Assembly: GCA_965226025.1 (NCBI GenBank)
Contig: CBDDCD010000002.1
Coordinates: 2,662,216-2,726,215 of the forward strand
Direction: 5' to 3'
Source of the DNA: Candidatus Moanibacter sp.
GTDB lineage: Bacteria; Verrucomicrobiota; Verrucomicrobiia; Opitutales; UBA2987
Length of the DNA: 64,000 bases
A model generated the notes under the pieces. That model made no database searches and had not been told where the DNA came from. It saw only the letters and a program-made list of their open reading frames with translations. Both the position numbers and the translations under genes were made by a program. This document shows, in pieces, positions 8,964 through 16,121 of the stretch. Numbering within the stretch: the first letter of the stretch is position 1; every line of letters starts with the position of its first letter.

Positions 8964-9971
8964 ATGCGGCTAAGGCGATTGAAGATATGGGGAGCGAGCG
9001 CGGTATACCACTGTATCAGCCGTAGCGTAAACGGGGAGTTTCTGTTCGATAGGTTGGCCAAGGAGCGGTTGCGCCGGCAGCTGTGGCAAGTGGCGGACTT
9101 TTCCGGGGTGGAGGTGCTGACTTACGGTCTGATGAGTAATCATTTTCATGTTCTGATCAAGGTGCCGAACAGGGAAGCGGTGGTTGTATCGGACCGGGAG
9201 CTGGTGCGCCGTTACGCGGTGCTCTACCCGGAACCGAGTCCCTATGAGCCGATGACGGTGAAGTATCTGGCCGGGGCATTGAAGCGGGGAGGCGAGGAGG
9301 CGAAGCTGTTGAGGAGACGACTCCTGGCGCGGATGCATGATGTCTCCGAGTTCATGAAGACTTTGAAGCAGCGCTACACCATCTGGTATAACCAGACCCA
9401 CGCACGGTATGGGACATTGTGGGCGGAGCGGTTCAAGAGCACTGTAGTGGAAGGGAAGGAAGCGGCCCTGCGAGTTACGGCGGCCTATATCGATCTGAAT
9501 CCGGTACGAGCCGGGATAGTAGAAGATCCGAAGGACTACCGCTGGAGCGGGTACGGAGAGGCTGTGGGAGGGAATCTTGAAGCGAGAAAAGGAATCGCTG
9601 AAGCGGTTGGAGACTCGTATGGCACGCCTCTGAAGTGGAGGAAGGCATCACGGGAATATCGACAGCTGCTCTATTGCACGGGGTCTTTGGGCGTTCCTCA
9701 GGAATCGCTTCGGGGAAGAATACCGACTGAAGCATGGATCAAAGTGATGGAAGAGGGAGGCAAGCTGCCGGTGGCGGCGGCTCTGAGGTGTCGAGTGCGC
9801 TATTTCACGGACGGCGCGGTCCTTGGATCGAAGGAGTATGTGGAGAGTATCTTCTCCCAATATCGAGAACAATTCGGGAGGAGACGTCGAAGTGGAGCCA
9901 GGAGGATGAAGGGCAGCGACTGGGAAGGATTGACGGTGATACGCGACCTGCGAAAGCAGGTGTTCGGCTAG
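8964..9971 (+). CDS. IS200/RAYT-like HUH (Y1) transposase-family protein
   Basis: YHCISRSVNGEFLF; HUH motif in LMSNHFHVLIKVP; tyrosine region YIDLNPVRAGIVEDPKDYRWSGY. Confidence 0.75.
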   Translation: MRLRRLKIWGASAVYHCISRSVNGEFLFDRLAKERLRRQLWQVADFSGVEVLTYGLMSNHFHVLIKVPNREAVVVSDRELVRRYAVLYPEPSPYEPMTVKYLAGALKRGGEEAKLLRRRLLARMHDVSEFMKTLKQRYTIWYNQTHARYGTLWAERFKSTVVEGKEAALRVTAAYIDLNPVRAGIVEDPKDYRWSGYGEAVGGNLEARKGIAEAVGDSYGTPLKWRKASREYRQLLYCTGSLGVPQESLRGRIPTEAWIKVMEEGGKLPVAAALRCRVRYFTDGAVLGSKEYVESIFSQYREQFGRRRRSGARRMKGSDWEGLTVIRDLRKQVFG

Positions 9972-10081
9972 CCCTACTTGACCAACTCAACTTCCGAAAC
10001 GGTTTTTTTCGGGGGTAGTAGGGCTCAGGAGGCGCATCAACAGTAGAGGTGGGTTGGCGAAACCGCCTGTAGTGTAGACCT

Positions 10082-11913
10082 ACGCTCTTCCCAGGGCGGG
10101 ATTTTTTCGTATAATGGTGGGCCATCATGTTTCTGAGGTGTAATCGTCGGCGCAAAGATGGCAAAGAGCACTACTATTGGAATATCGTTGAGAACAAGCG
10201 TGTCAGCGGGGGGCGGGTGGTCCAAAGACAGGTCCTCTACCTTGGAGAGATCAACGATAGCCAACACGAAGCGTGGCGCAAGAGCATCGAGATTTTCGAA
10301 GAGGGCAGGGAAAGACCCGAACAGGTGGCGCTGTTTCCGGAAGATCGTGCCCCGCCTGTGGGCGACGAAAGTATTGTTAGAATACGGCTCAAAGATCTCA
10401 GGATCGAGAAGCCGCGGCAATGGGGAGGGTGCTGGCTTGGGTGCGTTCTATATGAGCAGTTGGGACTGGGAGAATTCTGGCGGGAGCGTCTCAGACCCTC
10501 CCGTCAGGGTACCCGCTGGGCCCATGTGCTGCAGACCCTGGTGGTTTACCGGCTGATGGCACCGGGAAGCGAGTGGCGGCTGCATCGGGAATGGTATGAG
10601 CGAAGCGCGATGGGCGATCTGATGGGGGAAGACTTTGGGATCGCCGAGAAGAACACGCTCTATCGCTGCCACGATCGATTGCTCAGGCACAAGAAGGCCC
10701 TGTTCAGGCACCTGACCGAGAGGTGGAGCGATCTGTTCAATGCCCGTTACGAGATTTTGCTATACGATCTGACGAGCACCTATTTTGAGTGCGATCCGAA
10801 CCAGGAGCCGGCGGCCTCGAGCCGACTGCGCAAGTTCGGCTACAGCCGCGATAAGCGACCTGACTGCGTGCAAGTGGTGATCGCCCTGGTGGTGACTTGT
10901 GAGGGCTTGCCGATTGCCTATGAGGTACTTCCGGGTAACACGCAGGATAAAACCACCTTAAAAGATTTTCTTTCTCGGGTGGAAGAGAACTACGGTAAGG
11001 CGAACCGGGTGTGGGTGATGGATCGGGGCATTCCGACCGAGGAAGTCTTGCAACAGATGCGCCAAAGCGAACCCAGGATCCACTATCTGGTGGGTACCCC
11101 GCGCTCCTGGCTGGGTCGCTTCGAGCAGTCGTTGCTGCAGAAGGATTGGAAGCAGTTGCGTCCCGGTATCGAGGTGAAACTCCTCAGCGAGGGAGGTGAA
11201 ACCTACGTTCTGGCTAAAAGCGACGATCGGGTGCGCAAAGAAAAAAACATGCGCCTGCGTCGTTTACGCCGTCTTATCGAGGCGCTCAAGAAGCTGCGTG
11301 AGAGCAAACGGCGCTACCAACGCGATACCATCCTGATCAAACTGGGCGAAGCCAAAAAGGAGGCCGGTCCCCGGATCTTTGGATTACTCGACATCGAGAT
11401 CGCCCCCAAGGGCGCCCCCACTGAAAAGCCGCCTTTGAGCTTCCGGTTGAACTTAAAAAAATACCGCCAAGCCTATCGCCGCGAAGGCCGCTATCTGTTG
11501 CGCAGCACCCTCAGTGCCGAGAACCCCGAGCAACTCTGGCGCCTTTACCTGCAGCTCACTGAGATCGAGCAAGTCTTCAAGGAAATCAAGAACGACCTTT
11601 CCATCCGCCCCATCCATCATCAGAGAGATGATCGCATCGAGGCGCACATCTTTATCAGCTTCCTTGCTTACTCTCTGTGGGTCACCCTGAAACGTCGACT
11701 CTACCCGATGGCTCCGGGACTGACCCCAGCCGAGGTGCTCTCCAAAATGGCGGCCATCCAAATGCTCGATGTGAAACTGCCCACCACCGACGGACGCACC
11801 GTTGTGCTTACCCGTTACACCGAGCCCGGTGAGGACCAAAAGCTACTACTGAACCGGTTACACCTCGAACTTCCTCCCCAACCACCCCCCCAAATCGAAT
11901 CCAAATAACCCCT
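10082..11913 (+). mobile_element. IS1634/IS4-like element (bounds inferred from a flanking 16-bp direct repeat)
   Basis: CCTGTAGTGTAGACCT occurs at 10066-10081 and 11914-11929, bracketing the transposase ORF. I could not identify terminal inverted repeats. Confidence 0.4.
10127..11908 (+). CDS. IS1634-family DDE transposase
   Basis: 593 aa. The characteristic N-terminus MFLRCNRRRKDGKEHYYWNIVENKRV is followed by a long DDE-type core. Confidence 0.85.
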   Translation: MFLRCNRRRKDGKEHYYWNIVENKRVSGGRVVQRQVLYLGEINDSQHEAWRKSIEIFEEGRERPEQVALFPEDRAPPVGDESIVRIRLKDLRIEKPRQWGGCWLGCVLYEQLGLGEFWRERLRPSRQGTRWAHVLQTLVVYRLMAPGSEWRLHREWYERSAMGDLMGEDFGIAEKNTLYRCHDRLLRHKKALFRHLTERWSDLFNARYEILLYDLTSTYFECDPNQEPAASSRLRKFGYSRDKRPDCVQVVIALVVTCEGLPIAYEVLPGNTQDKTTLKDFLSRVEENYGKANRVWVMDRGIPTEEVLQQMRQSEPRIHYLVGTPRSWLGRFEQSLLQKDWKQLRPGIEVKLLSEGGETYVLAKSDDRVRKEKNMRLRRLRRLIEALKKLRESKRRYQRDTILIKLGEAKKEAGPRIFGLLDIEIAPKGAPTEKPPLSFRLNLKKYRQAYRREGRYLLRSTLSAENPEQLWRLYLQLTEIEQVFKEIKNDLSIRPIHHQRDDRIEAHIFISFLAYSLWVTLKRRLYPMAPGLTPAEVLSKMAAIQMLDVKLPTTDGRTVVLTRYTEPGEDQKLLLNRLHLELPPQPPPQIESK

Positions 11914-11986
11914 CCTGTAGTGTAGACCTTTGGCCCACTATCAACGACTTACGTCGAAATCAGGCCCCAGTTGAGAAAGACGGGCT

Positions 11987-12083
11987 AGGAATCTGTCGGA
12001 CTTCGCTCTGCGATTTTGCAACGCGCTCGGATCATCTGGGTGCCTTCATGGTTCGCGGCCGATTCCTCCACCGACATCTTCCT
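11987..12083. repeat. Family-E hairpin repeat
   Basis: AGGAATCTGTCGGAC (11987-12001) and a degenerate partner CCGACATCTTCCT (12071-12083). Confidence 0.6.
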
Positions 12084-12184
12084 ACTCGCTCTCCCGAGAG
12101 GCAGAGAGGGGACTCAATCGAATCGCGCGATAGGGCTACGGAAAGGCATTGAAAGGCAGCGATTCCCGGCGTGCCGGGATCTCG

Positions 12185-13042
12185 CTACGAAGTGTGTGAA
12201 ATGTCCCGGCTAGCGAGTTCTCGAATTTTCAGGTATGCCTCACACGCTTTAGAGTCCCTGATCTCGAAATCTCTCTGACTATCTTCGCTTTTATTCTTAG
12301 CGGAAAATACGGCGTCTCCAATCAAGGCCTTGTCGTGATTTGAGATGGAGAGCTTTTCCAACAGGGATTGTACCTTATTACGATCATGCAAGTTCGTATT
12401 CTCGACAAAGATTCCCGTCTTATTTTTCTTGGCGAACTCGATGTATAGATCGGAGAGTGAGGCATAGTTTTCGATGAACGAATCAACGGATTTGGAATAA
12501 TCCCAATAATCCTGAGCCTGGACCGATTGGAATTGCGAAACCGGATCCCGAAACAGGAAGACGAATTTGCTTTTGGGGAACAATTCCAGGAGAGATTCGA
12601 GATCATCGACTGAGTCGGCTTCAATGTCCTTGAATCCGAATCGTAATCCCCCATGTAAGGGTTTCAGCAATGCGACTACGGAATTTCTAATTAGGCCCGA
12701 ACACTCGGAAGTGTTCAATGCCATGGAGTAGACTCGATTGTGTTTTTTCTTGGCGAAGCATTTTTCAAATCTGTCATAGTTATCGTGAAATTCTTCATGG
12801 AAGAGGTCTAACGCTTTCAAGGTATGGAGCAGCTGCGCGACGATTCCCTTGCTCTCCCCGGAGATTGTGATTTCGCCGCTGGAATTGAGGATTCGTTGAA
12901 GGGCGGTTGTCGAACATCTGCCCAAGACACCAAAGATGAATATGTGCTCGCTCTTACGAAACCGATGATAGGATGAATTGGAATCATGAGACTCGAGGGA
13001 CTCATTCCGGGTACGACGATATAGTCGACCTAACATTGTCAC
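12185..13042 (-). CDS. Sulfotransferase-family protein
   Basis: PAPS-binding-type motifs: GVLGRCSTTALQRIL (5'-PSB-like) and FVFLFRDPVSQFQS (3'-PB-like). The gene is visibly more AT-rich than its neighbours. Confidence 0.65.
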   Translation of the reverse strand: MTMLGRLYRRTRNESLESHDSNSSYHRFRKSEHIFIFGVLGRCSTTALQRILNSSGEITISGESKGIVAQLLHTLKALDLFHEEFHDNYDRFEKCFAKKKHNRVYSMALNTSECSGLIRNSVVALLKPLHGGLRFGFKDIEADSVDDLESLLELFPKSKFVFLFRDPVSQFQSVQAQDYWDYSKSVDSFIENYASLSDLYIEFAKKNKTGIFVENTNLHDRNKVQSLLEKLSISNHDKALIGDAVFSAKNKSEDSQRDFEIRDSKACEAYLKIRELASRDISHTS

Positions 13043-13163
13043 TGAGTTCGCGAGTGGTTCTATCTGGATAAGAGCCGTACTTGGATTTCGTTTTCTAGAG
13101 GGACATGGCTAACAGGATTGCGCTGTGAGGGTCAACAAGCGGATCTGTCGGGTTGGGTGGGCT

Positions 13164-13262
13164 AGGAATCTGTCGGACTTTGAATATCGCAACATCGCGG
13201 AGGTTCGGATTCGACGGTGAAGGGTGCAAATCTAGACCAAGTCCAAAATCCGACAGATACCT
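13164..13262. repeat. Family-E hairpin repeat
   Basis: AGGAATCTGTCGGAC (13164-13178) pairs with TCCGACAGATACCT (13249-13262). The right arm abuts the TAG stop of the GT2 gene on the minus strand. Confidence 0.75.
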
Positions 13263-14178
13263 ACGGCGCAACGGTTTTCCCCAATCTTCCCGTCAGACCG
13301 TGAACGATTGCTGACCAAAGAAGCTTCGTGCTTTCCACCTTCCGCCGGCGCCACAGCAAGATACCGATTTGAGTTCGAACTGTTTTCAGGACCAGACAGA
13401 CATAGGAAGTTAAGCCAAAATACCCGTACTTCTTATAGGTGAAGATCAGGTTCCGGCGCATGTAGTAGGATCTCCAGGAGAGAGGGGCATTGAATGGGCC
13501 CTTGTCCCGCGCTTGGCCGCTGTCGTGTACGATCCGGCTTTTCGGGACATTCACAATTCTGCCCCCACTGCTGCGTATTCGAAGTGAATATTCAAAGTCA
13601 TCGCTATAGATGAAGAAGCCTTTCAAAGGCAGACCAACTTTGGCGATGGCGTGGCGACCTACAAGGACACCCACAAAAGTAGCAAGATCAATCTCGAAAT
13701 ATTCCTTTTCCGTGTAGAGGTTCCTGGCGACCGGCCGTGGATTCTGCATCGGCGGGTGAAGGAGGCGCCTATCGATGAGGCTGATACTCCGATCGGGATT
13801 CAATACGGCGGTGGTTATGGCATAGACACTTTTATCCTTTAACAGATCGTGATGAAGAAGCCGATCCAGGGCGTCCGCATCAGGTATTGCATCGTCATCC
13901 ATGATCCAGATCCAATCGTGTCCCAATTCGTAGGCCAATTTCATGCCCTCGTGAAAGCCACCGGCGCCCCCGATGTTTTCCGGCAGTGGCAGATGCCTAA
14001 CAGTTGAAAACTCCGCTGAGATGACATCGCCCGTGCCGTCTGTGCTCGCATTGTCGACGACGATGATTTCATCAAGGGGTCTGGTCTGGGCGCGTAAGGC
14101 GTTGAGGCACTCTCGTAGAAGATCCTTTCGATTGTAGGTTACGACAACGGCGGCGATGCGAAGCTGATTCGGTTCCAT
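13261..14178 (-). CDS. Family-2 glycosyltransferase (rhamnosyl/galactofuranosyl-transferase-like subgroup)
   Basis: VVVTYNRKDLLRECLNALRAQTRPLDEIIVVDNASTDGT, ENIGGAGGFHEG and IWIMDDDAIP. Confidence 0.8.
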   Translation of the reverse strand: MEPNQLRIAAVVVTYNRKDLLRECLNALRAQTRPLDEIIVVDNASTDGTGDVISAEFSTVRHLPLPENIGGAGGFHEGMKLAYELGHDWIWIMDDDAIPDADALDRLLHHDLLKDKSVYAITTAVLNPDRSISLIDRRLLHPPMQNPRPVARNLYTEKEYFEIDLATFVGVLVGRHAIAKVGLPLKGFFIYSDDFEYSLRIRSSGGRIVNVPKSRIVHDSGQARDKGPFNAPLSWRSYYMRRNLIFTYKKYGYFGLTSYVCLVLKTVRTQIGILLWRRRKVESTKLLWSAIVHGLTGRLGKTVAP

Positions 14179-14264
14179 TTCTATCCTTTACACCTGCTGA
14201 GGACTCGTCGGATTAGGTCCTCGAATTGCCTTAATGCAGCAGTACTGCATTCAGCGGAGGAGTT

Positions 14265-14390
14265 TCGAGACAAGGTTCGAGACGAGGTTTTCTCCGCTGA
14301 CATCGAAGCTGGCAACTGGTAGCGGAGTATCCTGAACGAGTTAGAAACGAATTTCGGAACACCCTGGTAACCTTGTCTCGAACCTTGTCT
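14265..14390. repeat. Family-A hairpin repeat (12-nt-unit arms)
   Basis: TCGAGACAAGGTTCGAGACGAGGTT (14265-14289) pairs with AACCTTGTCTCGAACCTTGTCT (14369-14390). The loop ends are shared with the copies at 44441 and 44655. Confidence 0.8.
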
Positions 14391-14483
14391 ATTGCACGAC
14401 ATTGAATACCAACATGTCAGACTCCCAAACGTGTTCAAGAGACCAAATTCTGTCTCAACGTATCACAGAAAGGTGTGGATATA

Positions 14484-15812
14484 TCACACTCTGTTTCGAA
14501 AGGCAGCCCCGGCCGTTAGACCATCTCTGATGGATTCAGCAATTCCCTGAAATACCCAGCGAGCATAGCGACCGACTTGAACGATGTCATGTTGGTCGAG
14601 AGCCTTCAGGGCTTGATCTTTCCATTGTGATTCGGGCCAGGACCAGGTGTAGGCGACGTCGATCCAAGTAGGATCGAGCACTTCTACATCGTTGATCCAT
14701 TCCCAATCTTGCAGTTCAGAAACGACTGCGCTGCACAGATTGTCGATCTCAGTTTCCTTCGGCTTGTGACCCTCCCGAAACGCCTTCTCGACATAGATGC
14801 CGACACGATCCTGGGTTTCGCGAAATGGAGCCGGAAGAAAGGAGGCATCCACATTGCTGTAAAATCCAACTCTGTGAAAAGAGGCTCTGCTCTTTGGGAT
14901 GTAGACCCAATGATCCAGCGGAGTCCGGGGGCCCTTGGTTGCACCTACATTGATGACGAGAACAGATGGAGATGGGTCGGGCTTGTTCTCGGTCTTTAGG
15001 TTGGTCAATTCGAGCATCCGGTTGAGAGGGAGGGTTGAAAGTAAGCTATCATAGGGCACGGCGCTGGCGTCGGCAAAATGCACTTCTCTATGTTCCACAT
15101 CAATGCTCGTGACTCGCTTGCCGTAACGGATGTCTCCCGTTGCGGCCATCCGCTGGGCCAAGGTGCTGAGGCCTTCTGTGGGGTAGATGTAGGTCGCATT
15201 ATAGCCGACGGGAGGGGCCTCATCAACAGCACCTTGATGGACAAGCGGCAGGTTCACAGGAGACTTGTAGGCGTCCTGAGGGGCGATGGCATTCCAGAGT
15301 CCGGCGGTATAGAGCTCGTGGAAGGGATCAAAAAAGAGCTGACAAAGGGTAGGCCCAAAGTTCTGGAGCAACCAATCAGCCATAGTGACCACGGTCTTGT
15401 CATTTGTTGTTGAAGCCTGCTCCATCTCCCGAAGCGATTGGGCCGCCAGTTCCGGGCCCAGAAAGCGAAGATGATTCTGAAGAGGGTAGGGTAGCAGAAG
15501 CTCCTTATCGGGCAAATAGACGGAGGATCTACGTTCGTAAGATCTGACGGGCGCGATTGAAAGGATGAACCGCAGCACCAGCGGATGGGCTCCGAAGATC
15601 CAGTGGCCCCCGCCGATCTCAAAGCGATAAGCGGATTCATCTTTGGGAGCAACACGGAGGCGTTTCTTCTCTCCTGGGCGCATGTAATATGAGGAGCAGA
15701 TGCCACCCCCTGATTTCTCCGCCTCATAAACCGGAAGACCGGAAGCAAGACCGGCGGCAAGTCCTGTCATTCCCGCGCCTAGAATGCAGACTCGATTATT
15801 CGTTCTTCGCAT
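14484..15812 (-). CDS. FAD/NAD(P)-binding oxidoreductase, UDP-galactopyranose-mutase-like
   Basis: GxGxxG motif in VCILGAGMTGLAAG. EIGGGHWIF and LLLPYPLQNHL resemble, from memory, the GGHVIF and VPYPFQNN motifs of eukaryote-type UGMs. Confidence 0.55.
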   Translation of the reverse strand: MRRTNNRVCILGAGMTGLAAGLASGLPVYEAEKSGGGICSSYYMRPGEKKRLRVAPKDESAYRFEIGGGHWIFGAHPLVLRFILSIAPVRSYERRSSVYLPDKELLLPYPLQNHLRFLGPELAAQSLREMEQASTTNDKTVVTMADWLLQNFGPTLCQLFFDPFHELYTAGLWNAIAPQDAYKSPVNLPLVHQGAVDEAPPVGYNATYIYPTEGLSTLAQRMAATGDIRYGKRVTSIDVEHREVHFADASAVPYDSLLSTLPLNRMLELTNLKTENKPDPSPSVLVINVGATKGPRTPLDHWVYIPKSRASFHRVGFYSNVDASFLPAPFRETQDRVGIYVEKAFREGHKPKETEIDNLCSAVVSELQDWEWINDVEVLDPTWIDVAYTWSWPESQWKDQALKALDQHDIVQVGRYARWVFQGIAESIRDGLTAGAAFRNRV

Positions 15813-15964
15813 CCTCTGATTGATGAATCTGTTTTTTCACGGTGCAGGGCGATTGGCTAACGTTTCTAAATCAGACCCATTGAGCGAGTTTAACTGTTAG
15901 GTCTTCACTTCGACGTTGGATGTTGAACGTTCGATGTTCAATGTTCAATGTTCTCACCGCGATC

Positions 15965-16052
15965 GTCGACTACACCTACGATCACGAGAGTCGATTGTAG
16001 GAAGATGGAGATCGGGGCTTCTAATCGAAATTCGCAATCCTAAGCGTAATCG
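15965..16052. repeat. Family-F hairpin repeat
   Basis: About 90 nt, homologous to 27288-27376. Arms are GTCGACTACACCTACGATCACG and CGCAATCCTAAGCGTAATCG. It is preceded by a GATGTTCAAT-type tandem tract at 15918-15952. Confidence 0.7.
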
Positions 16053-16121
16053 AAACTTGCGTTCTATCGGAATTCGACTTCAGAGCACGATTGAGAGGCA
16101 CGATGGGAGAAGGGAACCCAT

